Of a DNA stretch of 64,000 nt, positions 26,203 to 39,575 are shown piece by piece. Origin of the DNA: Octopus vulgaris (Eukaryota); contig OX597819.1 of assembly GCA_951406725.2 (NCBI GenBank), forward strand, positions 40,362,001 to 40,426,000, read 5' to 3'. A model generated the notes under the pieces. That model saw only the letters and a list, made by a program, of their open reading frames with translations, was not told the origin of the DNA and did no database searches. Within the stretch, counting starts at the first letter, position 1. Every line of letters starts with the position of its first letter. The position numbers and the translations under genes were made by a program.

Positions 26203-26738
26203 GGCATGGCTGTGTGATAAGAAGCTTGCTGCTCAACCACATGGTTCTGGGTTCAGTCTCAAAGCATGGCACCTTGGACAAGCATCTTCTACTACAGCAG
26301 TGATTCCCAGTTGTGCATGAAATTTTGAATTTAGTTTACAGACCCCCCAGAACTACCTTTGCAGACCACCAAGGGTCCGTGAACCCCAGGTTGGGAACCA
26401 CCGTACTATAGCCTCGGGCCAAACAAAGCTTTGTGAGTGGACTTGGTAGATGGAAACTGATAGAAGTGCATCATACATTCTTGTATGTATGTATGTATGT
26501 ATGTATGTATGCATGCATGTATGTATTTATGTCTGTTTGTACCTGTGCCATCGCTTGACAATCAATGCTGATGTGTTTATGTCCCTGTAACTTAGCAGTT
26601 TGGCAAAAGGGACTGACACACTAAGTACTAGGCTTACAAAGAATAAGTCTTGGAGTTGATTTCTTTGACTAAAACCTTTCAAGGTGGTGCTCCAGCATGG
26701 CCACAGTCAAATGACTGAAACAAGTAAAAGAATAAAAG
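26203..26738 (+). mobile_element. SINE family A carrying a nested hAT MITE
   Basis: Family A head and tail flank a 106-bp insertion. Confidence 0.8.
26298..26403. mobile_element. hAT (Charlie-like) MITE
   Basis: TIRs cagtgattccca / tgggaaccaccg. The 8-bp TSD is tactacag (26290-26297) / tactatag (26404-26411). Confidence 0.8.
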
Positions 26739-27321
26739 GTAAGCTGACAGGTTCAGTGCCATAATAAATAACACAGAACTCTATGGTTAATTGTATAATC
26801 TTTGTATCATTACACTTCACTTTGGTATAATTTGACCTCCAAAATATTAGATAATAAACTGCCATAAATCTTCAAAAGGAGTTTTCTGAAGTTTTACTCA
26901 ATGACATCACTTAGTCAAATTAACAGAACCATGTGATCTCTCAACCACTGACGACCATGGCTGAAATAAATGCATTTGATCATAGGTCTGCTTAATCAAG
27001 TTTTTGCTACAGCTAACAATGACTTCAGTCAAGCCAATAAAGGAGCTTCTGTGCAGTCAACTGACCTGCTAGAAATAGCTAAATTTCCATCAAATTATAC
27101 CATACCTTCTTAAAAGGAAGACACAAAAAATGGAATTGTCAGAATAAACGATGGGATTGTCACAATTGGAAGCCTTTGCTTGAACCGGAATGACCAAAGG
27201 CTAGACAACAAATAACATAAATTTAGTATAAAGCACCATCCTAATCTTGCTTCCTCTGGTATATTTCAGTGCAAACGCTATTATATTTAGTTTTAGTCTA
27301 TAGATAAGATGATGTTGACCA

Positions 27322-27458
27322 AGAGAGAGAAAGAGAGAGAGAGAGAGAGAGGGAGGGAGAGAGAGAGAGAGGGAGGGAGAGAGAGAGAGAGAGGGAGGGA
27401 GAGAGAGAGAGGGAGGGAGATAGATAGAGAGGGAGAGAGAGAGAGGGGGAGAGAGAGT
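27322..27458. repeat. GA/GGGA polypurine microsatellite
   Basis: Directly visible. Confidence 0.9.
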
Positions 27459-28144
27459 AATAGATTCAATCCTATTTGATGACCTGCAATAGCCAATCCC
27501 CAGTGAGAGGGGTGGGACAAAAACACTAATCTCTTTCCTTGGTTTATACACTGATAAGTGCACTATTGCACCTAGAACAAAACTCGTAAGGCAGCTGAAC
27601 AGCAGCTAAATTCAGAAGATAACCTCATTATATATCATTAATACATTTCAATAATCTGAGAGATGTTAAACATCACAAGGATTACATTTCAGTTTCTTTT
27701 TTTTATCAAACCAATGCTTAGCAGAAAAAAAACTCCTTTACATTTAAAAATAAAATACTTTTTTTTCTTCTCATCACTAGACAAAATTAATGAGGGAGTC
27801 TCTTTCTGGTCATTTGAATTGCAAAAAACAGTAACCAAATCCTAACCAAATCACATCTTAATATCTTAAATATGGAAGCACACACGAGCACATCGAGGTC
27901 ATGTTTTCTTCAAACCCTACCTAATGTCTTAAATGTGGAAGAACACATTAGTGTACTGGAGTTACATTTTTCTCTAATAACACTGTACCATAATAAAAGC
28001 AAAAGAGCACCTGAAATAATAGTCTTATATACATTATGTCAGGGGTGGTAGGAGGGTATAGAAAAGCATTGGCCATGACACCTTTGCTCAAAGGTTTGCT
28101 TAATTAGGATAGAGCTAATAAAAACTGATAGCAATAAATGAGTA

Positions 28145-28329
28145 CAGACAGCGTCCACATTACAGAAATACTGTGTTCCTGAAAATTCTGCCCATAATGT
28201 GAAACCTATTTTCCAGTGGTTTTCATATTAGAATATGGAAGCCAATGGGAAACATGTTCTGTATTATGGAATTCTACAAACAGCAAGATTTTCAGGAACA
28301 CAACACTTCCATAACACAGGAAATGCCTG
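28145..28329. mobile_element. pogo/Tigger-like MITE
   Basis: TA-CAG..gtgttcctgaaaat / attttcaggaacac..CTG-TA: imperfect TIRs with TA on both flanks. Confidence 0.6.
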
Positions 28330-28453
28330 TATCACAGGCAACATTTTCTGAAGATGATATTAGTTAATCAAAAGCACCGAAAAATATTAAGTTTCTTAGT
28401 ACCACTATTTATATCTATAAAGTGAATGCCAATGTCTTTTGTCTTGATTTATA

Positions 28454-28945
28454 ATCATCATCATCATCATCATCATCATCGTTTAACGTCCGCTTTCCAT
28501 GCTAGAATGGGTTGGACGATTTTGACTGAGGGCTGGCAAACCAGATGGCTGCACCAGGCTCCAATCTTGATCTGGCAGAGTTTCTACAGCTGGATGCCCT
28601 TCCTAACACTAACCACTCTGAAAGTGTAGTGGGTGCTTTATACGTGCCACTGGCACGGGGGCCAGTTAGGCAGTACTGGCAATGACCTCGCTCGAATCTT
28701 TTTACACATGCCACTGGCACAGGTGCCAGTGAAGCTATGTTGGTAACGTTCAAGCTCGAATGGTGCCCTTTTATGTGCCACGGGTATGGAAGCCAGTTGG
28801 CTGCTCTGGCAACGATCACGCTCGGATGGTACACTTGGCACCCTACTAGCACAGGCATAGGTGCCAGTAAGGCGACGCTGGTAACAATCATACTTGAATA
28901 GCTGCTCTTTGCACCCCGCTAGCACGGATGCCAGTCATCGAATTG
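28454..28945 (-). mobile_element. Family E SINE-like element
   Basis: (CAT)n + cgtttaacgtccgctttccatgctag tail, then about 5 diverged ~65-bp tandem units. Confidence 0.75.
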
Positions 28946-29663
28946 ATCGGAAATGAAATCTTAGTATTCTACAATACAGATCAACATAAGAAATCATAGG
29001 ACATCAACACAATCATTATCATATTCCTAATGAAATATACTGTCCAGGTGATTCGATCAATTTTTTTTTATAAAGTAATCAAGAATTTGTATGTTAAACA
29101 GCTGAACTACTAGACTTTTCACTTATGCAGGATGTAAGCAAATTTCACTGTCCAAGTGGTGTCAATGCAACAAAATGCAAAAACATGTGGAGATAAACAC
29201 ACACAAACTCTGTGTGTGTATGTGTGCGTGCATGCTAGCACATGTGTTTCCATATGTTTTAATGTAGTGGACTCTGAAATATCTAAGTAACCCCGTTTTG
29301 TTTGTCACAGAGACCTAAAACTATAATAGAAAACAGCCCCGATATAGACAGTTGGCTGTTACTCAGCTGTATATAAAAAAAAATGAATAAATAAAACACT
29401 TTGACATATATTGTGATTTCTCTTCAGGTTCCTGACTCATTTATTTTCTTTTAAAAGCAAGTGTAATAGCAATGACATCGGAAAAATTTACTCAAGTATT
29501 TATTCCTGCATATATATATATATGCATTTTGCATATTTTAAATTTTATCACACACACACACATTCCTTTTATTCTTTTATTTGTTTCAGTTGTTGTCTAG
29601 CAGCCATGTTGGAGCACCACCCTGAAAAATTTAGTCAATCAAATTAACTCCAGGACTTATTCT

Positions 29664-29902
29664 TTTTTTTTATTTTTTATTGCTCACAAGGGGCTAAACA
29701 TAGAGGGGACAAACAAGGACAGACAAAGGGATTAAGTCGATTATATCGAACCCAGTGCATAACTGGTACTTAATTTATCGACCCCAAAAGGATGAAAGGC
29801 AAAGTCGACCTCGGTGGAATTTGAACTCAGAACGTAACGGCAGAGGAAATACTGCTGAGCATTTCGCCCGGCATGCTAACGTTTCTGCCAGCTCGCTGCC
29901 TT
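29664..29902 (-). mobile_element. SINE family B inserted into an older family A copy
   Basis: Full family B sequence with a 15-bp TSD tccaggacttattct (29649-29663 and 29903-29917). Confidence 0.85.
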
Positions 29903-30605
29903 TCCAGGACTTATTCTATCAGTCATTTTTATTGTTTTTGCTGAACTGCTAAGTTACAGAGTTTATGCATGTGTGTGTGTGTGGGGGGGGACTAACACTG
30001 ATGAGAGAGGCAAACTCTTAAGACGTGTGTGTTAGAGAGAGTGAGTGATGTATTTTCACACTCTTTCCATCTACCACTCAGAAAACAATGGCTACCATGA
30101 GGCTGTGGCAGAAAACACTTGCACATGCTGCTACACTGTGGAATTGAGCCTGAAATGACATGCCTGCAAAGCAGCCTTCTTAAGCACACCATCAATTAGC
30201 AAAATAGTTAATTTCTATGCTATAGTAACTGTTGGGAAAAAAAACCAACAAAAAAAATCCCCCCCACAATACTGAACAGAGCAAGATAATAAATTCATTA
30301 TCCAGTGACAAGATCTGCATACATACTACAGGCTATTTTGATATCAATGTGCACAGATGGTTCTCAAAGCACAATATCTAAATCAGCTACAGTTCTATAC
30401 ATTGATATTATAAGATATATATGACAGACAATGGTAAACCAGTCTGCTAGAATAATTCAAAGTGAGGTAGCCATGTAGCCATGCAACGTTTCTGGTGCAA
30501 ATTGCAGCCATGAATCTCTGTTGATGTGGCACACATATTGCTAGATCTTTATGTCATGGAGTCTAATCACGTTTATCCCTGCGTGACCTGCATATTTACA
30601 ATTAT

Positions 30606-30651
<46 letters not shown>

Positions 30652-30801
30652 CATATATACAAAATAAGAAAATGGAGAAATACATCCAAATCAAATATCA
30701 ATTACCAGATAATACCCAATCACATACTTTATTAAACCACCACATAAGAAACTTTAAGGTCAAACATAATAATATAGAACAAAACAGTGTACATAAAGGA
30801 G

Positions 30802-30833
<32 letters not shown>

Positions 30834-31236
30834 AGAGATTCTATATTTAAATGTAACTTATTCTTTGCAAATATCATTAAAGATAAAAGAAAGAAAAAAT
30901 TAGAATAGCAAATATTTTTCATAAATCAATAATACCAATACGATAAAAGACATAGTGAAAAGAAAAAGAAAATATATAAAAAGAAGAGATTACAATTTTC
31001 AGAAAAACATTTTCTCTTGGAGGAATTATTTTGGAAATGGTCAGAGTTTAAAAGATTACCATCATCATCATCACCAACAATATAACCATCGGTGACATCA
31101 CAACTATCACCTTCAGTTTTACATTATTTTTCTCCAACAGCATCTATGCGTGTGTGTGTGTACACATACACACAAATACATAAATATATACACACATATA
31201 TACACATACACCCACATATGCATATATATATATATA

Positions 31237-31280
<44 letters not shown>

Positions 31281-31282
<2 letters not shown>

Positions 31283-31435
31283 AAAATACAAAATGGGACA
31301 AGACCACAAGACATCCGGACAGCTAGGTGATACAAAAAGGGACAACAAAACATCCAGATAGACAATACAAAGAAAACAAGGACAGGTCATCCGAAGTTTT
31401 CTTTCCTCAGTCAAGCACCAGATTATCCTCGCAAT
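31281..31435 (-). mobile_element. Penelope-like terminal-repeat fragment in (TA)n
   Basis: Embedded in TA microsatellites. The minus strand has gaCTGAGGAaaGAAAac followed by a T/GT-rich tail similar in style to 48690-48790. Confidence 0.4.
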
Positions 31436-31488
31436 ATATATATATATATATATATACATACGCACCCATATAAATATATACATATCTA

Positions 31489-31523
<35 letters not shown>

Positions 31524-33731
31524 TGTCCCAGGCACCAGCTTAATAATGGTAAAACTACTTTACTAAATCCTTCACAGTTTTCAAATATAATTGAAATATG
31601 ATAAGTATTAATATATTTCTTAGTATATATCTTATAGGCAAAGATATGGCTGTGTGGTTAAGAAATTCAATTGACAACTACATGGTTTTAGGTTAACATC
31701 CACCTCAGGCAAGTGTCTTGTTCTACAGCCTGGGGCTGACCAAAGCTTGGTAAGAGAATTTTGTCAATGGAAACTGCAAGGAAGCCCACCGTATGTGTCT
31801 GAACTTTATGCTTTTCTTACATCACTTGACAACCATTGTTGGTCTGTTTGCATTCCCTCAATTGTAGTGATTTGACTAGCAGATAACGACAAAATAAGTA
31901 TAGGGGACAGCATGACCACAATCCAAAGATTGAAACAGGTATGAGAGTAAGTAAAAAAAAAAGTGTTTGTGTGCGTGTATGCTTTGACATTGTGCATACA
32001 AGTGTGAGTGACATTGTGTGTGTTTGCATGTATGATAGAAAAAGAGAGAGTTTAAAATATGTATGATCTTCCAATGTCATAGCTATTACACAGTTGCTTA
32101 TTAAAAAAAAAAAGAGTCAGAAATCCAGAAAGAAATCATAGTATGTAATAGTGAAGATATTTTTATATGTAAGCAATCAAGGAGACAGAGATAAACTGCC
32201 AACAGTAGATATGGTGTCAGGGCTGCACTCCCGTTACTGTTCAAGGTCTCTATGACAACTAGAACAAGGTTACTTAGATATTTCAACACTTGCTTTATCA
32301 AAAAAAAAATAATAATATGCTAAGAGTGAACTTAACTGTTAGCAAGATGAACAACCAAAGAAGAGAGAAGAATAGGAGAAATACTGGGGAGAAACAAAGA
32401 GTAAAAGAAGAAAGGGATAGAGATGTGGAAAGTAGAGAGAGAGAGAGAGAGAGAGACTAGCAGACAGATGAAATTTAATGAGAAAGATAGGTAAAAGGAG
32501 TGCAAGGTGTGGAGTGGGGGCACAGTCATCAGCTGGTAGAAAAATATTCCTCCCACACAACGCGCCTACGCAATACAGTAGAGACTGGAAATTATATTAA
32601 ATATGTTTACTAGTGGGAAAAGCCATTATTGACTGGACAGGAAGACAGGATAGCCTTCTATAACATCAGATGCTCATGGTGCATAAACGTAGTAAGAGAC
32701 AAAGAAAGGTAGAGATAGATACATAGAGAGAGAGAATGGGATAAGATAACAAAGAGAGAGAGAGAGCAAGAGAGGGGAGAGAGTCAAAGAGAGAGTAGGA
32801 TGAGAGAGTGAAAGGCAAAATGAGAATGGGAAAGTCAAAAAGAGAAGAGAGAGAGAGTGTGTGTGTGTGTGTGTGTGAGACAAAGAACAAAAGAAATTGA
32901 TCACATATTTCTCCCTTCTATTTATTCTTCATCTATAGAGAAAAAAACCCATTATCTCTTGCACAAAATGAAGCTTAGCGATTTTTTAAGGATTTGCCTC
33001 TCATAAATATTAACCTTGAATAAGTACAACTTTGCAATCTTGAGTAATAACCCAACATAATGGTACCTGTCTAATTGTACGCGTTAATCCAAATGAGAAA
33101 AAAAAAGAAATCTAAATCATCAAACCATATTAAGTTTTGGTAAAGGTTTTGCATGTAGAATTAAACATTTCTTTTCTTTCCATTTGTCTTGGAACTCAGT
33201 TTAGGGAAGATAACATATTTAAACAGCTGACTAAGAATAAAGGAGTGGAATTGAACCCATACATGTGTTATTAATATTGGCGTAATGACCCTCCCAAGAC
33301 AAAACAAAAAGAAGATATATTTGGCCTGGAAGTGAATTTGTGGACAATTTAGCCTGAAATTCTTAGAAAAGAGAAAAATAATGCAAAATGTCACAAATCA
33401 AAAGGAATTATGTCTTGTGAGCCAATGTGAGAATGTCTACATGGTTGTTCAGCTTGCTAGAAATAGCAGCCAAATTCCTAATCCAATGACACCTTACTGT
33501 CTTAAATGAAGATGAGAGGGTCATAGTTGGAAGACTATTTGGTGATAGGCCTGTTCAGTCAGGGTTGATCTGGGGCTATCGAAAACAGTGTTGTCTAAAG
33601 CAGATTCTGTTGAGCTAAGAACACTTAAAAACAGACAGCAGCAACAGAAGCAAGCAGTTGCCTAATTTTCCAATGGGTTTTCAAAAGAAAATCATTTCAC
33701 CCACCAAAATACTGAAAGAAAGAAGAGAGAA

Positions 33732-33773
<42 letters not shown>

Positions 33774-34029
33774 GAGAAAGAGGTAAGAAAAAGGAAATCT
33801 CTAAAAAAAAAAAAAGACGATCTTAGTAATAACAGTGAGGTTAATGACTTCATAGCAGGATAAGCAGTTAGAAGTAAATTTCCTAAGAAGGTTCATAAAT
33901 AAGGACATTTGGTGAAAACAAAAATAAAAATTATAACAACAGACTTATGGACAATTTGATAAGTTTGCTGTATTTTTTTAAGTGCTCAGTCAGTGGAGGA
34001 AGGGCAGTGCTCATGACTTTTCATTTCTC

Positions 34030-34680
34030 AGAACCACGGGCCAGGTGGAAGGAAGTTTTCATTTAACTAAAGACTCAACCTAAAAGCTTGCAACAGAGCA
34101 AGCCAAAACCAGACAGTGGTGTTAAACCAGGGAACAGGTTACGCCTACCACTCCCAAAAGTTTTGAAGTGAAATCTTGTTCTCATATTCCCCATGTTCTA
34201 ATATCTTACATACAGTTTGCAATGTGCTCCATTCCCTTCATCAGCTGCCAAATGGACATCACTATAGTTTCGGAACATTCTGACATTGCTCCCTCTAGAT
34301 TAGGTATGAACAACCATTTTGAGAAGCAGACTGCATGAGACATGGTATGCCATCATGTAGGCCACACTAATAATAAAAAAATTAAGGTAATTTTTCGTTT
34401 TGGTATGCCATTCTCCCATGGAACGTATATAGCTCTCAATATATCAAGCAGTATAGATACAACTGAGGACTGTCTAGGTTCTTTTGGCCTGTATTGTGAC
34501 ATACCTTTTTTACTTCTCCTATTAACTATGCACGCAATATAGTACCTCCGTTGGTTCACACTGACTATGCATCTACATATTTTCCCTCCCTATGCCGTGG
34601 AGGTTTATCCAAGGAAAAGTCCACCAACTTGGGCCGATACATGCAAATATCAAAGGCATCAGACACTACTGTCAAATGCA
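34030..34680 (+). mobile_element. Highly degraded RTE-like LINE fragment
   Basis: Scattered motifs with many stops: SGVKPG (RT GVxQG-like) and YLRWF..YPRKSPPTWADT (RTE C-terminal LRWFGH..RGRP..W.D-like). Confidence 0.35.
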
Positions 34681-35049
34681 AAAAACAAAAAACAAAAAAA
34701 TTCAGAAAAGACATTGTAAGGGATGTTACATTATCCTCTAACAGTTCCTCAATCCACCACCATGGATTGGTATTGCTTTTATTGACCCCACCCCACCAAA
34801 AAGTAAAATTTGAATGGCAAAGTCAATCTCACTAGTAAAAACCATGAAAGTATTGCATCCATCATTCTAATGATTTGGCCAATTTGCTACATTACGTGCT
34901 TCCCAACGACATGGTTCTGGGTTCAATCCCATTGCATGGCACCTTGGGCAAGTGTCTTCTACTATAGTCTGGGGCCAACTAGAGCCTTGTGAGTGGATTT
35001 CATAGACAGAAAGTGAAAAACGTCTGTGTGTGTCTCCTTCTCTTTCTCC

Positions 35050-35530
35050 TTGAGGAATTTCAACCATGTTTCGTAGTCTGCTACCACAACAGGTCCTTTA
35101 TAGGATCTCGTTAGCTCAAGACATCATCAGGAGGAACCACGTCCGGTTTCAGCCCCTACTTCTCTACGACTTTGATGTGCCCACCCCCTTTCGGAGGTGT
35201 CTTCAGCTCTGGTGTTGGGTGCATGTCTTCTTTCTTCTGTTCCCTGGCCTCTTCGATGCAGCGTCAATGAGTGTCAGTGGGCGACTGTCTTATCAAATTT
35301 CCCTTTAAATACTCACAGCTAGGCTCCAGCAGGCAGCCCCAGCAAGTTGTCATGTGACACTGTCTAAACTTTAACTGACCAATGGAGGGCACGTAGTCCT
35401 AGCCCACGCATTCTCTAAACGAGACCATCGCCTGTCAATCAGTTAAGCTACTTCAGAGTCAGCCTGTCTCACCTAGTGATGTTATTTTCCTGCCGGCATG
35501 TTATGACTTTCAAGCTATTTTGGGTCTTCC
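35050..35530 (-). mobile_element. Penelope-like element 3' end / pseudo-LTR
   Basis: 35050-35375 is an inverted, diverged copy of 62400-62720. The upstream part has a frameshifted DG(L)V-ENAW remnant resembling the GIY-YIG C-terminal NRDxG..W. Contains CTGAAGA, CTGATGA and GAAAC motifs. Confidence 0.6.
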
Positions 35531-35704
35531 TACTTCAGCCATATATAGACTGTTTCAATAGTTGTAATATGGTTGTCACTGTCAGATAAGCAGTGTTATT
35601 CATTTCCAGTATTCTGCAAGAACATGTCTGACCATGAGGAAATATTACCTTGCTTGGAAACAGGAAGAACCTCCACCCATAAAAAAAAACAAAAAAACTG
35701 CATA

Positions 35705-36092
35705 GGCACAGGAGTGGCTGTGTGGTAAGTAGCTTGCAAACCAACCACATGGTTCCGGGTTCAGTCCCACTGCATGGCATCTTGGGCAAGTGTCTTCTGC
35801 TATAGCTCCAGGCCGACCAATGCCTTGTGAGTGGATTTGGTAGACAGAAACTGAAAGAAGCCTGTCGTATATATGTATGTGTGTGTGTGTTTGTGTGTCT
35901 GTGTTTGTCCCCCTAGCATTGCTTGACAACGGATGCTGGTGTGTTTACGTCCCTGTCACTTAGCGGTTCGGCAAAAGAGACCGATAGAATAAGTACTGGG
36001 CTTACAAAGAATAAGTCCCGGGGTCGATTTGCTCGACTAAAGGCAACGCTCCAGCATGGCCGCAGTCAAATGACTGAAACAAGTAAAAGAGT
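35705..36092 (+). mobile_element. SINE family A, full length
   Basis: ggcacaggagtggctgtgtgg..gactgaaacaagtaaaagag. Confidence 0.88.
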
Positions 36093-36569
36093 ATCAATAA
36101 ACTCCACTCAACCCATACAAGCATGAAAAAGTGGACATTATGATGATGATCTATGCAAGCTGCCATACTAAACCGGGTGTAGCAACTATTTTGTTTTACT
36201 ACTTGTTAACGATTTGTTCTTTGCTTTGATCTTCCTCCCTGTATAATTATTATACAAAATACAAAAACAGTAGGATATAGTAAAATCATATTGATTAATG
36301 ATGTTCTACATCCAAGTTGTTGTCATTCTATAATGCCCAAGAAAAACTTTGCATAAACGCAGTGACTAATTGATGTAATTATATGTTTATACTCTACAAA
36401 AACCTATTATATTTACATTTAATTACACAGCTATAGTGCTGAGTAAATTCTGAAAAAGTATTGATTGAAAAAAATGAAAAACTAGAAGGCAAAAATATTG
36501 TTTAAAATCATCCTAATTAATAACCACAGAAAATAATAACAACCCTTCCTTTTCTGCTTTAAGCACAAG

Positions 36570-36903
36570 GTTTCAGTCACTAGACTGTGGCCATTCTGGA
36601 GAACCACCTTGAAGAACTTTTAGTTGAATTAATCAACCCCAGCACTTATTTTTTAAAAGCCTAGTACTTATTCTATTGGCCTCCCTTGCCGAACCACTAA
36701 GTTACAGGAATGTAAACACACCAACACTAATTGTTAAACAGTCGGGAGGACACACACACACAATGGGCTTTTTTCAGTTTCAGTCAGCCAAATCCACTCA
36801 CAAGGCTTTGGTTGGCCCAAGGCTAAGAGACTTGTCCAAGATACCGTGCAGTGGGACTGAACTGGAACCATGTGGCTGGGAAACAAACTTCTTACCACAG
36901 CCA
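36570..36903 (-). mobile_element. SINE family A, older variant
   Basis: tttcagtcactagactgtggcc..gtgcagtgggactgaac..ttaccacagcc. Confidence 0.75.
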
Positions 36904-37584
36904 TATTTTTCTTATTCACAAAAATTAAAACGGTTGGACTTTTGTAAAATATTGTTCATTGAAGAAGGGGGTTACTGATCTAGAATGATTTAATCCAACA
37001 GATACTTGATAAATTGATTATTTTTATGATTTGTTAATGAAATAATTAATCTCTTAGTAAAAACCTAATGAGGTTTAGCGGATTTGAGATATGAGCAGTA
37101 AAGAAAACTTCTAACCTTTTGTCATTACTAAACACTAAAAACTAACGACAGAATACTAGAATAATATTTGTTCTGATAACACTTATAACAAATTTATAAT
37201 CTATTTTTAATATTTTTGTTTCACAACAGTAGTATAATTTATTAATGCTGTTTGAACAGCACTGCAAATGATGACACAAATATTGCAGAGAGAGAGAGAG
37301 AGAGAGGAGGAAGAAGGCAAAGTAAAATGTTATAGGATATCAGTGACTAATGAAAAACTATTTCAGAGATTTCGCATTTAAGAACTCAAGGAAACTTCTC
37401 CATGGTCACTCACGTTGTACCAGACATATCTCCCTCAAATTATACCCATAGCATTTTGAAAAAAAGAGTAGGGTCACATCAGTTATGTGGTCATATACAC
37501 AACCCTAAAAGATGGGATAGTCATGGCTAGTCATAGGCTTACTTCATCAGAGCATGATCTGGAGCTTAATCGAGAATCTACAAT

Positions 37585-37755
37585 TTAATCCTTTTGCATC
37601 CAGATTACTCTATCAAATGTAATGCTTATTTATTCATACATTTTGTTTTTTCATTTCATCATCCATAAGTTCAAGATTTTGATGACATGACAGCTTATTT
37701 TTAGAATGGCATTGTAAGATAAGTGTGAAAGGTAGGATCTGATCAGTTTACATGT
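37585..37755. mobile_element. piggyBac-like MITE (family P), partial
   Basis: TTAA-tccttttgcatccagattactctatcaaatgtaatgcttatttattc; right end missing. Confidence 0.6.
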
Positions 37756-37883
37756 GAAAGTAATGAAGTAAAAAAAAAAGCAAAGAATTCTCTTGTCTCT
37801 TCCTCTTCAAGAATTGCTAATATTCTTACTAGTATTAAATAAACAGCAATGAATTACAGATGTCCAAGAAAGGTCTTGCTTAC

Positions 37884-38120
37884 CAATAAATGTATGTCAT
37901 CAATTGGCCGCACTTGAGGTTTTAAAGTTCTGCGGAAGAATTCGCCAAGATTTCGATACGTTTTCAAGTCCTCTTCCTCTGCTTCTTCAATGTTGCAGCC
38001 AAATGCCCAAATGTATATCCGAAATACAGGTATCCGCATGAAAACAGGCAGATCTAGTTGGTTTACTTTTCCCCATAAGCGAGACAGCGACCGAAGAGGC
38101 ATTTTTCGGTAAAGGGTTAC
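37884..38120 (-). CDS. PISD: Phosphatidylserine decarboxylase, internal coding exon (first identifiable; 237 nt, phase 0/0)
   Basis: Translates VTLYRKMPLRSLSRLWGKVNQLDLP...YRNLGEFFRRTLKPQVRPIDDIHLL, which matches metazoan PISD (VALYKSVPTRLLSRAWG...YRNLSEFFRRKLKPQARP). Acceptor ttttag (AG at 38122-38121) and donor gtaagc (GT at 37883-37882). Confidence 0.96.
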
Positions 38121-38869
38121 CTAAAATGTGAAGAAAGTTATGCAATCAATGACTTTTAAGAATTTCACAATAAAAATAAAGCAAAACAAATAATGCATGT
38201 ACTTGTGTGTGTGTTTGTGTGTGTGTGTGTGCATATGTGTGTGCGTATACATATCAATCACATATCACTTTGAATTCATTTATTATTCTGCTGAGGTCAA
38301 CTTTACCTTCCATCCTTTTGGGGGGGGGGGGTCGATAAAAATAAATACCAGTTGAACACTGGGGTTTGATGTAATTGACTCATCCCCTCCCCAAAATTGC
38401 TGCCCTTGGTACAAAATTTGAAACCATTATTATTATTATTATTATTTGTATGTGTAAATGTTATCTATGTAATTAGCAATGCATTCGGTTATAAAGTTTA
38501 TGATTATAAATTTATATGTAAGCACACATCTGCATGCTGTGTGCATGTGAAAGCATGACTGCAAAATTGCTGAATGCAGCTGCAAATAGTGATTGCCTAA
38601 TATGCATAAATGTGAAGGAATACTCCAAAGTCACACCCTTTCCCCTCTCTCAGCTGAGTGGAGGTCCTTGTTTGGGAATATTTACTCCTTTAGAGTTATA
38701 TATTTATGGTCATTTCTCCATCCATGCTACTTTCAGGTCAATTACTTTAAATTAGATATTTGTATGACAGATGCCTAAGGACATATTTCAACAAGAACCA
38801 CAGAAAAATGGACATTAAAACAAATGAATGAAGACAAAGAAAGAACCCTCAAGATATATAAGCAGAACA

Positions 38870-38909
<40 letters not shown>

Positions 38910-38911
<2 letters not shown>

Positions 38912-39575
38912 ATATAAAGCAAGACAGGACAGAGTCGGCCAGTATCTACATTGGACAATATGTTGGCATTATAAAATCAAAACCGCTGACAAATGGTATA
39001 AACACCATCCTGAAGCTGTGACTGAGGGAGAAAATGTGTCGATTCTATGGGACTTCCCTGTATAGACCGATAAAACTATAAAAGCTAATAAACCAGATAT
39101 TATTATAAAAGATCAGACAAAAAAGATGTGTTTATTAATTGACATGAGTATTCCTTGCGATCACAATATAGCGGCGAAAGAATTTGACAAGATTAGTAAA
39201 TATAAAGACTTGCTCATAGAAATTGAAAAAATGTGGCATCTCAAGGTGACTACAGTACCAGTGATTGTAGGATCTCTAGGAATGATAAAAAAAGGGGACT
39301 GAAACCTATTTGAAAATGATTCCAAACTTACCATCCCTACAGAAAGTGCAAAAAATCGTATTAACTGGAACAGCTCATGTACTGAGAAGAGCATTATTGC
39401 TGTGAAAACAACATCCATCCATGAATTTATTTATTTATCAATTTTTAAATACATATTTTGTCTGTGAATTTGCGCGTGTAATCTGGGAATGCATACAATG
39501 AGCTTCTCTGCCCTAGGTGTATGGAAAACACTCGGCGAGAAACGGAAGAAAATTTGAAGAAAGAAGAAAAAAACA
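38910..39575 (+). mobile_element. 5'-truncated R4/Dong-clade non-LTR retrotransposon (restriction-like endonuclease domain + 3' UTR) in (TAA)n
   Basis: EYKARQDRVGQYLHWTIC..WYKHHPEAVTE..ILWDFPV*TDKTIKANKPDIII..LIDMSIP..EFDKISKYKDL..VPVIVGSLG/..IVLTGTAHVLRRAL*. One stop (39063) and one +1 frameshift (~39291). Flanked by (AAT)n at 38872-38909 and ~39576-39612. Confidence 0.9.

Noticed and set aside
32100-32900. Pyrimidine-rich (minus strand) region that might be an alternative promoter or exon inside the large intron
   Set aside because: Only compositional hints; the ORFs are low-complexity S/L/F-rich, and I could not define a splice-site pair.
39161-39418. 85-aa minus-strand ORF
   Set aside because: Antisense to the R4/Dong endonuclease coding remnant.
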